A DNA stretch of 64,000 bases. Source: Amoebidium appalachense (lineage: Eukaryota > Protista > Ichthyosporea). The stretch spans positions 3,127,957 to 3,191,956 of the forward strand of contig CAVNZM010000016.1 in the NCBI GenBank assembly GCA_963693365.1. Reading direction: 5' to 3'. Below the pieces are notes generated by a model, which was not told where the DNA came from, searched no databases, and worked only from the letters and a program-made list of their open reading frames with translations. The translations under genes and the position numbers were made by a program. Every line of letters begins with the position of its first letter. Within the stretch, counting starts at the first letter, position 1. This document shows, piece by piece, positions 43,378 to 63,274 of the stretch.

Positions 43378-44986
43378 TAAATCACGAGCATAGGTCACAC
43401 GAAGATACTAACACCCTACCATGTGTGTGCAGCGGCGCTCAAATACTCGTGAATGGGACTCCGTGGATACACCAATCTGGTGCGCATGTGCACGTGTACA
43501 TACGTGCCTGGAAGGCAGGAACACATGTACACAAATGCGCTGACACATGCACACGCTTATCCTGGTACACGTTGGTACACATGCACACACACGCGCACAC
43601 GCACACACACATGTGTACACATTCGTGTTGTTGAGACACCATAAGGGTATTCAGTGGCTGGAATTTTGGTTTACTTTAAGTGTAGTCTGATGGGTCTCTG
43701 CACATTTTCTCCGTTTTGATATGCCGTGTATTATCAATAGAACAGTTCCGGTTTTTAAAATTTACCGCATATAGATACATGTTGCAGACTGAGTGTGAAG
43801 TGATTGTGGTAAGCAATGTGGTGTATACATACGGTTGCATTGTTCTTGTCTGTCTGGGCTTCCACCCAAGTGACACAGCAGTGGTGCATATCTATCCTGT
43901 AACTCTGTTGTGTATATGCATAGCTGGCAAAGATAACGATGAAGTTGACCCATCCCAACAATGTGGTGATGACCTACAACCCGGTCTGGGGCACTGGATA
44001 TGAGTTGATTTGTTGTAGGCTAGCTTGTACTGTTAGTATCTATCTTACTGCCTTGGTTTTCCATCTACCAGTGGCACTTGTGTGCCTAAATGATACATGT
44101 ATAACGTGCGTGTAACGGTAAATGGCACTATGTATGAGGTGCCTGTGGCGGTATTGGTTTTAATATATGACACCCGGGGTGTTGACAAGTTGGCTGAAGG
44201 GAGTGGCCAATAAATACTCAATGATCCCATGATTTACAAAATATGGTGGGCATGCATCCCGTGCATGCCCAACACAATTTTTTTAATTTGCATTACACAT
44301 GTACATGCACATTTGGGGCATCCGTGAGCCTGGAATGAGCCCTCAGAACACGATCATCTAAATGTTAGTTACAAGTCGGTGGCTGTTTAAGCAGATGCTT
44401 AAATCATTATATACATGTGGCACTGAACTGTGTGCCTATTCCACAAACGTTATAGATACATGCGTGCCATAACTGTGAATGCACAGCTTTATGTACTTAT
44501 CCTCTATAATCATTCAAAACATGTGCAGTTACTCAGCGCCACCTCCCCCCCCCCTCTTCACATTTCAACCGGTCCCTAGGACACAAATTAATCCCCCCCC
44601 CCCCCCCCCCCCCCCCCCCCAGGTCCACCAGTGCACTCGAACGTCCCACACAGCTATAAACAAACACAGACAATCCAACCCATCTCAAACCAGGTCCTGC
44701 ACATGCACGTGTACTGGCCAAACTCGGAAGACACCGACGGATAAGCACCTGACGCAGGGCATGTCTGGCTGGCCCCCGGGGGCTCAGCCCGCCCGTTTCT
44801 GCTTGCACGGGCAAACCGCCCACCCCCACCCCCCGACCTTCCCTGCACATATCCACCATGCACGTGTGTGCCCAACCAACCACATGCAACACTCAGCACG
44901 TACCCAGTCAAGTGCACAGTGCTTGGCTGCCCCCGGCGCCACGTGCCGTGCCCATCCAGGACGCTCTGCAATGTGCCACGTGGCCG

Positions 44987-50942
<5,956 letters not shown>

Positions 50943-51608
50943 GGCAAGGCTGCGTGGGCGGCGAGGTCCCACTACCGCATACAAAGGAGGTGCATAGGGG
51001 AAGGGCAGGGACTAGTTGCTGATATAGCGCGCTGCTTTTATGCTTTGTAGTGCTGATATATAATGGGTATGTATCAATTTTATGTACCAAAACGACTGAG
51101 GTTGTGTGTGCACACAAGACACAAGACTCACAAGACTCTGGTCTGGTCAGCTGACTGAAAGCAGTCCCCCTACACCAAATAAACAGGGTCAACCAATCCG
51201 CATGCAGATTGGATGCGTATCGATCCAATAGGACGCATGTCGATTCTCCCTACACACCCTTGGGCCGCACCCGTGCATCCCGCGTGCGCACAAAGCACAG
51301 AGCACCATGACAGCTCTGCAAGAAACAGACCCTGCAAGAGACAACAGTGCACATATGGACAGTATGCTATGCCAAAATAGGTTGTGACAAAACAGGTACT
51401 GTTTTTGATATGCTATTTATTTCTCTTCTTCAGTATTTAAATAACACGGATCGCAATGGACGCCGCTTTTAGCTGTCTCTCCTGCAGCCACTGTAAGATC
51501 ATTCATAACATGGCAGCTATTGAAATGGTACGCTGACATACTTATAGGACAGGTATGTCATTCACACCATACCCCACTCAACCAGTTACACATATTTAGT
51601 TTTCGATC
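50943..51608. promoter_or_regulatory. Putative bidirectional promoter (RCC1-repeat gene / NIPA gene) with three CCAAT boxes
   Basis: 666 bp between divergent ATGs. CCAATC (51193-51198) and GATTGG (51207-51212) form an inverted pair; a third CCAAT is at 51225. Free of microsatellites. Confidence 0.6.
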
Positions 51609-52630
51609 ATGGCGCTACCGCAGTGGGTGATAGGTGCACTGCTCAACATAGTTGGGTCAGTGTCTATCAACCTGGGCACCAACCTGGTCAAGCTCAGCCA
51701 CCGCACCACCGCATACAGGAGTCCTTGGTTCCACCTGGGCTTTGCGCTGTTCTGTGCTGGCAACGTGCTGAACTTCATATCCATGGTGGGTGTGTGTGCG
51801 TCTGTGGTGTCTGTGGGTCTTATGTCCGTGCTACTTAATGTACGCTTGCTGGTGGGGCGCACAAAAAGCTGTGTTTTTTTTGGGTGAAGGTTGAGCCTGG
51901 GTGGGGCAATTATGGTATCTGCATGTGTTGCGTGTGAGTGCCACGTGTGTGTGCTGTGTCATTGGGCGTGCGTGCACGCACGTAAGCTCCTCACAACAAC
52001 ACTCAACTAATTTGTGTCTGGTTTTGTTTTATTATGAACCCAACTTGATTGCCGTGATCATTCTTGTTGTGGTTTTTATTCATTTTTAATTATTTATTAT
52101 TATTATTACTATTTATATTATTATTATTATTATTGGGGGGAGGGGGACGGGGGGGGAAGGTGTGTAAGTGTTTGTGTGGGGGGGGGAGGGGGAGTGGGGA
52201 GGAAAAGAGGGGGGAACCGATTACTATTCTTATACACTAACTTTTCTTCAGTAAATACACCGAAATAAATGTTCGTGAGTGTGTCCGGGAGGCACAGACA
52301 TAGGTTTCACCTGGTTCCTCACTTTGAATTCAGTACAGCTGGGTGATAAACTTTGGGCTGTTCGTTTATAGCAACCGGCCACATAAACTCTCTTCTTGTG
52401 AGCTTGTGGGCTCTAGAGACCCTTATATGAACTGGTGTGGTTGTGTACCGTTTGGGATGACGTGCAAGTTTCAGGGCTACACAGCACAGATGCTGCTGGC
52501 AGCGCTTGGGTCTGTGCAGTTTCTTACCAATGTGGTGTTTGGCCGGCTGGTGCTGGGGGAGAGGGTGACGTGGCGAACCTTGGCTGGCACGGCACTGATA
52601 GTGGCAGGCAACGCGTAAGTGTGTGTGTGT

Positions 52631-52673
<43 letters not shown>

Positions 52674-53937
52674 GTGCATGCGTGCGACTGTGTTGTTGGG
52701 TAGGTACCTGCGTCTGAACACGTTTGTGTATTGCTAATCATGTGTGTGTGCACGGGCGGTGGATGTGTTCTATTGTACACATACCTGAGCACTAATGGGT
52801 GCCTGTACCTATGGGCTTGAGTCAGTAGTGTGTGCATGTTTTTGTGTGGTTGTGTGTTTGTCTTGTATGTGCCTGCGCATCTTTAGGACCCAGTATCACT
52901 GGTCAACCCCCGTCACTGTTAGCTGGTTGGTTTACCCAAACAATAGCCCCACAAGAGTGCAGTCACATCGTGTCCTTTTTCCCTTTTTTTTTTTTTTTTT
53001 TTTTTTTCTTGTGGTGGTGGTGGTGGGGGGGGGGGGGGGGGGAGGGGGGGGATTGGCTGGTACTGACCCCCCCCCCCCCCAGGCTGATATTTGCGTTTGC
53101 CAGCCACGAGTCCAACAAGTACTCGTTACACGACCTCATATCCTTCTACACAGGTGGGTGTGTGTGTGTGTGTTGGGGGGGGGGGGGGGAGGGGGGTGGA
53201 GGGGAGAAGGGGTGAGAGGGGTGCATGTGGGGATGATGGGGGGTGGGGTGCTGACTGGGAGTGGGCACAGACACGGCATACGTCGCCTACTTGGGGGTGG
53301 CAGGGGGGCTGGTGGTGGTACTGCAGACGACAGCAGTTGTTTTGCAGCGCAGGAGAAGGTGTGTGTGCGTATGCTTGTGTGTGGGTGTGTGGGTGGGTGG
53401 GTGGGTGTGTGTGTCGTGTGTGTGTGTGTGTGTGTGCGTGTGTGCGTGTGTGTGTGTGTGTGAGTTTTCGTTGGGGGGAGGGGGGGGGAGGGGGTTGGTG
53501 GTGGTGGTGGGTGTGTGTGTGTGTGGGCAGGGGAGGGGAAGAGGGAGGGAGGGGGTGGCGGTGGTGGTGTGTGGGTGGGTGGTGGGTGTGGGGGGGGGGG
53601 GGATGGGACGGAATGGTGGTTGTGGTTACCCCGGGGGGGGAGGGAGGGGGGGTTAGTTGGGTGGGTGGATGCCACCTGGTGGGGGTATTGGTGTCGGCGT
53701 GGTTGTGCGTGTGTAGGTTGCTTAGGTGTGGTTGTGTGGGTGTGTGTGTGTTGGGGGGGGGGGGGGGGGGGGGGGGATGACGGGGGGAGCGGAACGCGGG
53801 GTGGGCATATGTGCGCGTCTAGAGGTTGGGGTAAAGGGATGGGGCAGGGAGGGGCGCCTGGAAGGGTTTTGGAGCCCTGTAGGAGGTGAGTGATTGGAGG
53901 TTAGGTGAGCCCGGGGAAGTAAAGGGGAGAGGGGGGT

Positions 53938-54011
<74 letters not shown>

Positions 54012-54227
54012 AGGTGGGGAAGGGCTGCTGGGGGTGGCAAGTGTTGGGAAAGGGATATCTGCAGTGGAGAAGAAAAAGGTGGAAAGGTAACCAAGCACTA
54101 AGAGGGAAGGAGACGGGGAGAGGGGTAGAGGGGTTGTGGGGGAGGGGGAGATGGGTGTTGGGTAAGTATGGCAGAACTGTGAAAGGGTACGAGTGGATCG
54201 ATGTGTGGTTGGGCATAGATGTGTGTG

Positions 54228-54283
<56 letters not shown>

Positions 54284-54673
54284 TTGCGCTGTTGCGCGCA
54301 CGTGTTTGTGCGTGTCTGTCTGATTGGCGGGGGGGTGTAGGCAGGGCCTTCTATCCATCAATGGGCGCACCGCCCACTACCTGCTGCCGTTTGCTTATGC
54401 AATGGTGTCAGGGCTGGTGGGCACACAGAGTGTGGTCCTGGCTAAGAGCCTGTCAGTAGGTGCATGGGGGTGTGCATGGGGTGGCTGTGTGAGTGTGTGG
54501 TTAGGTTTGTGTGAGAGTGTCTGCTGGGAGGAGGAGGGTGTGGGGTTGTGGTGGTAGTGGTGGTGGTAATGTGTGTGTGAAGGGGGGAGGGGGGGAGAGG
54601 GGGGGGGGGGGGGAGGGGGGGGGGCTGAATGTGTATGTGAGTGGGGCGAGAGGGAGGGGGATGAGGGGAGGAA

Positions 54674-54707
<34 letters not shown>

Positions 54708-55576
54708 GATGGGGGGAAGAGGAAGGGGGGGGGGGGGGGGGGGGGGGGGATCTGGTTGTCGTGTGTGCCGGTGGGGCTGTATGCGGGCATGGGATCGGTG
54801 GGTTGGGTGGGTGGGGGTGGGGTGGGGTGGGGGGGGGGGAGGGGGAAGCCGGCATGGTCGAAAATTTTGCAAGAACCAATCAAGCCCCCACTTATTTTGC
54901 GGTAGGGGCGCATCAAGGAGACTCAACAATACGGGGGGTGGGATTTGGGAGATGAGTGGGTTGGGTGTGGGTCGGTGGGTGGGAAGGGGAGAAGGTGGAA
55001 GAGGGGGGAGGGAGGGGGGGGGGGGGGGGGGAGGGAGGGGTAATTCTGATAAGGGTTTTGCAGGTGCTATTTCGGCAGACGGTCACACACAGCAACTACA
55101 ACATGTTCACATCCCCCCCTGCCTATGCCATCATGGGGGGATATGCGGGGGCTATGGTGTTCTGGCTGGGAAGACTCAACCATGCACTCGTGAGATTTGA
55201 CGGCCTTTTCATCGTGCCGTGCATGCAGGTAGGCTGTCACATAGTATGGTGCTGCGAAAAATCGATCAATGTAAAGTGCCCACATTTAGTCTGGTTTACT
55301 GACACAATTGGACCCATATTCCTACTTTTTTATTGTTTTATATATATACCAACATTTAACTCCCGTATCGATAAGTTCGGACATTGCTGCGATGCATATT
55401 GGACTTATTGTGATAGCAGGAGGCTTGGTATTTCTGCAGGTCGGGGCATACACACATACACACATACATGTGTCGGCACCTGAGGAGGGGTGAAGGAAAG
55501 GAGGTGGAGGGCAAAAGGCGGGACATGGGAGATAGGAGGTGGGTTGGCGGTCGGAGGGGGTACGGGGGGGGGCGGG

Positions 55577-55610
<34 letters not shown>

Positions 55611-57183
55611 GGAGGAGGGGAGGGGAAGGGGGGGGGGGGAGGGGGGGGGGGGGGGGGAGGATGCCTTAATTGTTCCCGGGCCATCGTACCATTTTAACAC
55701 ATGCAACAAACCCCATTCTGTGCATGTATGCACCCATGGTGACTGGGGTTGCCTGCTTTTGTTGTGCCTTTGCTTTAATAGCGAACCCTTGTTATCCCCC
55801 CATCTCCACACACACACACGTTGACTGTGTGAGTTGCACATGATATTCCCGGCCACGCTGCATTGCACATCATAGAGCCTTAACCACGACGATTACTCCT
55901 GTATCTGTGTACAACCACATGGGTATTACGGCCCTCACTCCCCTTCCTTGATGCCAGCCCCCCCCCCCCCCCTCTCCCCCCCCCCCCCCCCCCCCCCCCT
56001 CCCTTTCCCTTGGCCCACCAAACTGACCAATGAGCAGGTGATCTGGACCGTGACGTCAGTCATAGCCGCAGGCATCTACTTCCACGAATTCGACAGCTTT
56101 CCACCCCGTGCTGTGGTCATGTTTTTGCTGGGTATGATGCAACCTTGCCTTCTTTCCTACTTTCCTTTTTTTTTTGCCTCTCTTTTTTCTCCCGCCCTTT
56201 TTTTTTGTGGCAGGTGGGAGGAGAAGGGGGGAGGAGAGGAGGAGGCTAGGATGTGTTACGTAGTACGAAGTAAAAATGGATGACGGACAACACCTTGTAG
56301 ATTGGAAAGCACACATGTATAGTAAGCATCATAAGCATGTGGAGGGGGGGAAGAGGGGGGATTGAATTGGAACATAAGCTGTTTGTATGATGCAGGTATT
56401 GTCGTTGTGCTGGGCGGAGTTGTGATGTTGGCGCCACAACCACAGCCTCACCATGCAGGTAAGGGTGGGAGAGAAAAGGGAGGAAAGTGTTTGGGATATG
56501 TATGTGTGTGTTGCGGCGGCGGGGGGGGGAGGGGGGAGGGAGGAGGGGGGGGGGGGATGTGGGGGGGGGGGGGGGAGGCTTGTTTGTGTGTGTGAGGGTT
56601 GGGGGGGGGGGGGGGGAGAATTCTTGTGTGTGGATGTGGGTTGGGGGGGATGGGGGTGGTGTTGGGGCGGCGGGGGGAAGGTTTGTGTATGTGCGTATAT
56701 GATTGGGGGAGGGGAGGGGAGGGGGGGCGGGGGCAAGTGGAAACCTGGTGTGTGTGTTGGTGGCGGGGGAGGGGGGGAGGTTTGTGTGTGTGTGTGGGGG
56801 TGGGGGGGGGGGGGGGGGGTGAGTTTGTGGGTGTGTGTCGGGGGGAAGGGGGGGGAGAGGGGGAAAGATTTGTGTGTGTGTGTAGTGTGTAGTGTGTGTG
56901 TGTGTGTGTGTGTGCGTGTGCGTGTGTGCGTGTGCATGTGTGTGTTTTTGTGGGTGGTGTGACTGGATAGGCCGTGTACGTAATCATGAGGGCACTTGAA
57001 CGTACAAGATGTGTGTATGTGCATGCGGGTGTTCCGTGATAGTGGAAGTGGAAGTCCGAGGGATGGATGCATGGGCGGGTGTTCCGTAATAGTGGAAGTG
57101 GAAGTCCGAGGGATGGATGCATGGGTGGGTGCTATGGTTGAGGGGAGAATATTGTTGTGTGTTTCTGTGTGCTTTTGGTCTGT

Positions 57184-57238
<55 letters not shown>

Positions 57239-57368
57239 GGGGGGTATATTGGGTTTGTGAGCATAGAGGATGCTGATTGGCTGGCCAGACCATGGGCAGG
57301 ATGGTTTCCTGCCTGGGCGCACGTTCAGTGTGTGGACCACCGTGTCCCGGACCCCATCACTCGAAGAG

Positions 57369-57430
<62 letters not shown>

Positions 57431-57987
57431 ACACACACCTCAATGGCCTCTCCCCCTCCCCCCCCCTCCCCCCCTTTTTTTTTTCCTTTTTGTTTGAAGG
57501 CAGCGGTCTGGTGTTTAATCTCGTATGGAGATTGTAAGTGTTTGTGTGCTGTAGTGAGAGACTTGGCTGGGACATAGTCTGTTGGCATGTGCATCCGCAG
57601 CTAGAGCCTGCAGATGTGGCGTATGGATGTGTGTGACAAAGCAATTGTATTGGTGGGGTAGAGTAGCTGTGGGTGTGCATGCAGGCCGGCATTCATCTGG
57701 ATTGGCTTGTCTTTGTGCACATGAAGTACCGTGTGCACCATGCTATAAATCTTATCTACTGTTTTGATAATGTGTGTATACTGGGTACCTGCTTGCCATA
57801 TATGATGTACCGTGTGCACATTAATGGATGTGTGGTACCCTCATGTACTGTGTGCACCGTGAGCCTATGTCCAGTATGCTAACCCACACATGTTCAGATG
57901 GGCCGGGTGTGTGCCAACGAGACCAGCCCCCTGCTGCTGGGCGCAGAGGTCGATCCTGTGCCCGGCACCGTGGGACCCGGGGCATGA
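51609..57987 (+). CDS. NIPA-family (DUF803/EamA-like) magnesium transporter
   Basis: Exons approx. 51609-51786 (WVIGALLNIVGSVSINLGTNLVKLSH..GNVLNFISM), 52476-52614 (YTAQMLLAALGSVQFLTNVVF..LGERVT), 53083-53153, 53271-53358, 54341-54454 (SGLVGTQSVVLAKSLS), 55064-55228 (WLGRLNHALVRFDGLFIVPCMQ), 56038-56131 (AGIYFHEF), 56396-56458, 57289-57368, 57898-57987 (TGA). Typical NIPA motif order. Confidence 0.92.
57020..57128. repeat. Intronic tandem duplication, about 50 bp x2
   Basis: GCGGGTGTTCCGT.ATAGTGGAAGTGGAAGTCCGAGGGATGGATGCATGG occurs twice. Confidence 0.85.
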
Positions 57988-58830
57988 GAGGGGGGTAGGT
58001 GCACGTGCAAGGGGGTGGATCAGTGCAACGTGCATGCATGTACACAGCGCAACACACCATCCTCATCACGGGCCACCTTTCCGAATCGGCCCACCCATGC
58101 GTATATTTTTAGGCTGGCAGGGCGTGTGGGTAGTGAACGTGCTTGTAGTTGGTCAATTCGGCGGTCGGAGTGAGCCAAGATCCCGTTTTTGCAGCGTGGT
58201 ACGATGGATGGTGTTGTTCTGAGTTGTAACTGCAACACAGGGTGCCTATTGTAAGCTGCGACTGGGGGTGAGGGCATTAGGGTAGGCATGTGCATGCGGC
58301 CATGCAGTGGGATAAGTAGTGTGGCTATAGTATACCGTACGGAGCAACCACACAAGGCACATGCTTATGTTAGAAACTTTACGGTAATTTCGAATCCTGA
58401 CCGGTGTCTTTTTTGTTTATTATTTTATGATTGTTTAATGGTTTGAATCTAACTTGCACCGAATGCCCCGAACCGTATTACATATTTAGCATACATGTAC
58501 TGCCGAGAGTTCGAATGTGCTTTTCTGAAAGCACCTTTAAAAAAAGCCTAGTAGTTTTTTCTGCAATGCTTGTACATGTGCGAATGAAGAACTCTTTTTG
58601 TTGGTGATTTTGAGCCTTCAAATACCCTTCATAATCTAGAGCTGGGCTAGCCCTGCCCATCTTCTCACCGTAATCACGGTCAATTCCTCTTAGAATTTTA
58701 CCTCATATATTACCCTTTTGCGTATATCTTTTTGTACCGTTGCCGACAACCGGTTTGTTCGAAAACAAACACATGATCATCATTGTACGGTGATCATAAG
58801 CATAATTGCTGATGTGTATACATATCCTCC

Positions 58831-58861
<31 letters not shown>

Positions 58862-59252
58862 AAAAAAAAGATCCGGACCGCGGAGATCGAAAAGGACAAG
58901 AACTGGCCATGCAACCTGATTTTGGGAGGGTTCTTAATGACGGAAGGTATCCAATAAAGTGCACAGATCTCGGTATCTGTACACTTGCCCAGGCAATCAC
59001 CCCCTACATGCACATACATCATGCACTACAGGTGGCCCTAAAAACTGTGGACGAGAATGGAAATGGGGTGCGGGAATTCAACACATCCAACATGTTATCC
59101 GTTGCGAAACAGCTCAATGCAAGGTTCCACGTGCACCGGCTGTCACGAATGCTGATGAATTCTGAGCGCGCAGATCTAATAATAGAGCATTTTTGGGGTG
59201 TATCACATGCTAATTTAACAAAGGCAGCTTGTAGGGCGTAGGCGCACTATAC

Positions 59253-59307
<55 letters not shown>

Positions 59308-59499
59308 CGCGCGCGCGCGCGTGTGCGCTTCCGGGGTTGTGTGTCACGGTTCGGTTGTGTGTTTGTCAGTTTTACGGCATCGTGGTATGCATAAATGTCC
59401 GACGCTGTCTATATATAACAACATTTGTGACAAAGAATTTTCGAATGCTACATTTTTCCCCGGGGCCGGGGGGGGGGGGGGGGTGGTGGTGGTGGTGGT

Positions 59500-59535
<36 letters not shown>

Positions 59536-59685
59536 GGGGGGGGGGGGGGGGGGGGAGAAATAGGCGGGATAATGGTTTGGGATTGCGTAAATGGGTTCGT
59601 ATACAGGGGTCATTTATAAGATAGTACGTCACGGAAAAACAAGATTCTAGGGGCTACCGAGGCTGGGGGAAAGATAAGACAACGG

Positions 59686-59757
<72 letters not shown>

Positions 59758-60023
59758 CGTGACAGGCTAAGAGTGTGACCAAAAATAGTAACGGGGCCTT
59801 ATTACCCGGACCGTTACCGTGCCTGCGTGCATATGTGTTTTTAAGTATACGTTGATTCGGTTTTTGTCCGTCATTGGAAGCATTTGTGCATGAGTTATGA
59901 TGCCTGTATGTGTGTGGAACCAGGTCGAAGGAGAAATGTTCTTTACCCTTTCTGGTGGCACGAAGGTGGGAATAGCTGGATTCCCAGTGGAAAATTTCAA
60001 TATCAGTAACTTGGAAATACCTG

Positions 60024-62416
60024 AGTTTGTTGAGTTCCTATTTGCCCTTGGCGAGCAGGTGGTGGGCACGGTTGAGTACCCTTCCGTTCGGCTGAGACAG
60101 TCTCACGTTTTGCAGTCCCTACGACAGTTGTTGCCTCTACAGGAAGCATTATCGGTCTGGAAATCCGCCGGTCGGTTTGGGCCTTCCGTGCAAGTCTATG
60201 CCCCGTCTCCTTCCATCTCCGTTGCTGAATCCGTCGATGACTATTATGCTTCCCTATTTTCGCTTCCTAACGTGTCCACGGTTCCATCACCGCCCGCTGG
60301 CCTCTCCCAGCCGTCAAGTTGGGAGCCGGACCGATCGTTCCCGGGCACTTTTCATAGTTATTTCAACTCTTCGGCTGTTTTTGGTGCTATACGGGCGTTA
60401 AAAACCCGCAAGGCGTGCGGGCCGGATGCTCTTCCTCCCGTGCTTTTCAAGGTTCTTTCTCCCGTGCTTCCGCCCCGTAATCGTGCAGAGTCCCCCCCGC
60501 CCCCGCCTTTTGCTGTCCTTCTTAGTGAGTTTTCTTCGGCTTTTTTCGAACTCGGGTTTATTCCAAATTCGTGGCTTGACACAATCGTTACGCCCGTTCG
60601 TAAGAAGGTATCGCAGGGGGTCATTAACGACTTTCGTCCCGTCACACTTACCAACGTTTTTCGTCGGCTCTTCGAGGGTTGCATGCTTCGCGCGTTTAAC
60701 ACCGACGATTCTTTAAACGCCGTGTTCCGTCTTTCTTCCCTTCAAGGGGGCTTTCGTCATGCATATTCGTGTTATACTCACAGTCTGTTACTCCATGAAT
60801 CCATTACTTCTGGCTCTCCACACGTTGTCTTCATCGACCTTAAGAACGCCTACGACACCGTACCCACTGGTTTGTTATGGCATAAGCTGGCTATGCGGGG
60901 CTTACCAGCCCCCTTTGGCCGTCTTCTGCAAGCGTTGTTCGATACCACTTGCGGACGAGCGGCGGTCAATGGAACATTAACACCTGGTTTTTCCCGTTCC
61001 CGGGGTCTTCTGCAGGGGTCCCTCCTGAGTCCGTTGTTGTTTGACGTTTTCATTGACGATTTAGCCTGCGCCCTCGAACCCTTTGGCCAACTGCATACCC
61101 GCCATGTACCGGGTCTCCTTTTTGCGGACGATATTGTTCTTTGTTCCTTAACCGAAGATGTCATGCACCAGATGCTTCGTCAGGTGGATCAATGGTGCAC
61201 CGAGAATCTCATGACAGTCGGAATTGCAAAGTGTGCTACTTTTTCGAAGAACACTTCCTTTCGATTGGCCGGCCTTCCTATTCCTGTTCAGAGCACCTAT
61301 GACTATTTGGGTATTCCTTTTACTGCACGGGGTATTGATTTCCGCAAGCTCCTCACGGCACGGATCGCTCGTGCGAAGGGTAAGCTTCACATCGTGTCAA
61401 ATCTGTTTCAACAGGAGTCTGTGATCCATCCTGCGAACCTTCTTCTCTACTATAAAACTTTTTTACGGCCGACTTTCGAATATGGACTTCCGCTATTGGC
61501 CTGCGCCCCACCTCGCGAGGCGGCAATGGCGCTGAACGAGTTCGACGATTTTCAGGGTACTGCGCTACGCACTTTGTTTCGTACTCGGTTTGTGCCTCCC
61601 TTAATCAGTATGTTTGGATTGTCGTCTGCTGTTTGTCGTATGGAGGAATTGTCTCTTCGTTTTTGTTTTCATTTCAATTAGGCTACCTGATGGTCACCCT
61701 CTTTATGCTTTCTTCCCCCCCCTCCCTCCATCCCTCTTCCCCCCCGATTCACCAACGCTACTTCTGAATGTCCTCAGCCTACCCTCTTTCCACCTGATTC
61801 TTCCTCTCGCTATCTCACTCCCTCTTTCTTTTCTCTTCCTGTTTTTTCTGCCTTTTCGCGTTATTACCATACGCAGTATAAGTTTCTTTCTCGTTCTGAT
61901 AGAGAAATCAAAGGTAAAACTCAGTCGGCATGTGTTATGTTCCTTAGGCAACACCGTACTGATCATTATCGCTTTTTGGGAGCTTTGGCAGGATACATTT
62001 CTCCTGCTGTACGTATGGATACCACCCTAATAGATAAGTCTGTATGGTGCTCTGATGTTGATATTGCCTGGGAAGTTGTGCAGTGGCGCTGTAATTCTTG
62101 TTTTCATCGCCGCTGGTGCCACTTTTGTGCTGACCTTTTTAATCGCAAGCATGTTGATAGGTGTGAATTTTTATGTCGCGTTTTACCTCTTTCCCTCCGG
62201 GTATCTGCTACACTAGCTGGCAATGTGAACACTTTAGACTTTTTGTTGAATTCTGTTGGTCGTCACATTGAGTATTTATATGATTTTCACACAGTGTTCA
62301 GGTATCTCAGTATGCACTTGTTACTGGATAACTCGTGAAGTTTTTATTGTCTTCTCAGTATGCCGTGCATACTTGCATTTCTTTCCGTCGAATAAATCCA
62401 GTCAAAAGAAAAAAAA
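60024..62416 (+). mobile_element. 5'-truncated non-LTR retrotransposon (LINE), about 2.4 kb: RT domain plus Cys/His-rich C-terminus, two frameshifts
   Basis: RT motifs KACGPD, FRPVTL, QGGFR, FIDLKNAYD, GLLQGSLLSPLLF, FADD, YLG, RPTFEYG (ORF to 61681). C-terminal CNSCFHRRWCHFC...HVDRC, stop 62338. 3' end AATAAATCCAGTCAAAAGAAAAAAAA. TSD GAAATACCTG at 60014-60023 and 62417-62426. No endonuclease domain remains. Confidence 0.95.
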
Positions 62417-62995
62417 GAAATACCTGGATTTATGTTGAAAATTCCCTTTTTATCATCGTGGACCGCTATTGGAATCTCGTGGAAACTTCCTTTTAAACAT
62501 GAAAACTCTTCTTTGGACTGGATTTATTCGACGGAAAGATATGTAAGTATGCACGGCATACTGAGAAGACAATAAAAACTTCATGAGTTATCCAGTAACA
62601 AGTGCATACTGAGATACCTGAACACTGTGTGAAAACTCTCCAGTGGGAATCGTCATGGTAATTTCAGTTTGGAATTCCCTTTTATACCAGTGGACCATCA
62701 ACCATTTAACGCCGTGGAAACCTTTTTTAAAATCATAGAAATTCTCTAGTTAAATGACCGTAAAAATTTCCATTTGAAACATGGTAGCTGGCTTTTGTAA
62801 AACACCGTGGTGGAATTTTACACTCGAGCGAAGAACAGAAAGTCGGGGGGGGATTCGGAAAATGCCAATTTCAAAACCAAAAGTGAAAAATATCGCCGGA
62901 AATACCACTTATCCGGGCTCAAATTCCACTTTTTTCCAGAAATTTCCAGAAATTTCCGGGAATGGTTTCCTCCTATTACCGGAATTGGGCTATAT
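62417..62995. repeat. Degenerate AT-rich repeat rich in GTGGAAA/TTTCC motifs (continues 59955-60023), interrupted by two LINE insertions
   Basis: Diverged subrepeats AATTCCCTTTTAT..GTGGACC..CGTGGAAAC.T..TTTAAA.CAT.GAAA.TCT at about 62440 and 62673. Many CCAGTGG/GGAAAT/ATTTCC motifs on both sides of the LINE. Confidence 0.5.
62510..62629 (-). mobile_element. Short inverted copy of the same LINE 3' end
   Basis: Reverse complement matches about 62290-62409. TSD TGAAAACTCT at 62500-62509 and 62630-62639. Confidence 0.9.
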
Positions 62996-62999
62996 ATCT

Positions 63000-63043
<44 letters not shown>

Positions 63044-63095
63044 TGTAAGCATTAGAGGGTGGTTTCCAAGAAAACGAAGAATTGCAAGCAAACAA

Positions 63096-63136
<41 letters not shown>

Positions 63137-63219
63137 GCTGTTTTTTATCCATATGTTCTTTTATGTTTTGGCTTCTGTTTTTTCTTCTTTCCCTTTTTTC
63201 TTTTTTTTCTTTTTTTTTT

Positions 63220-63274
<55 letters not shown>

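Noticed and set aside
58400-59245. ORFs 58478-58660 (-) and 58909-59241 (+)
   Set aside because: Non-repetitive and possibly exonic, but no motif recognised and no splice model could be built.
59897-60023. N-terminal extension of the 594-aa RT ORF as a novel domain or domesticated RT fusion
   Set aside because: It lies outside the TSD at 60014-60023, so it is flanking DNA open in frame by chance; the element is 5'-truncated and frameshifted.
61690-61880. G-depleted, pyrimidine-rich patch inside the LINE suggesting editing or hypermutation
   Set aside because: It is bracketed by frameshifts and resembles low-quality consensus; it cannot be separated from a base-calling artefact without reads or other copies.
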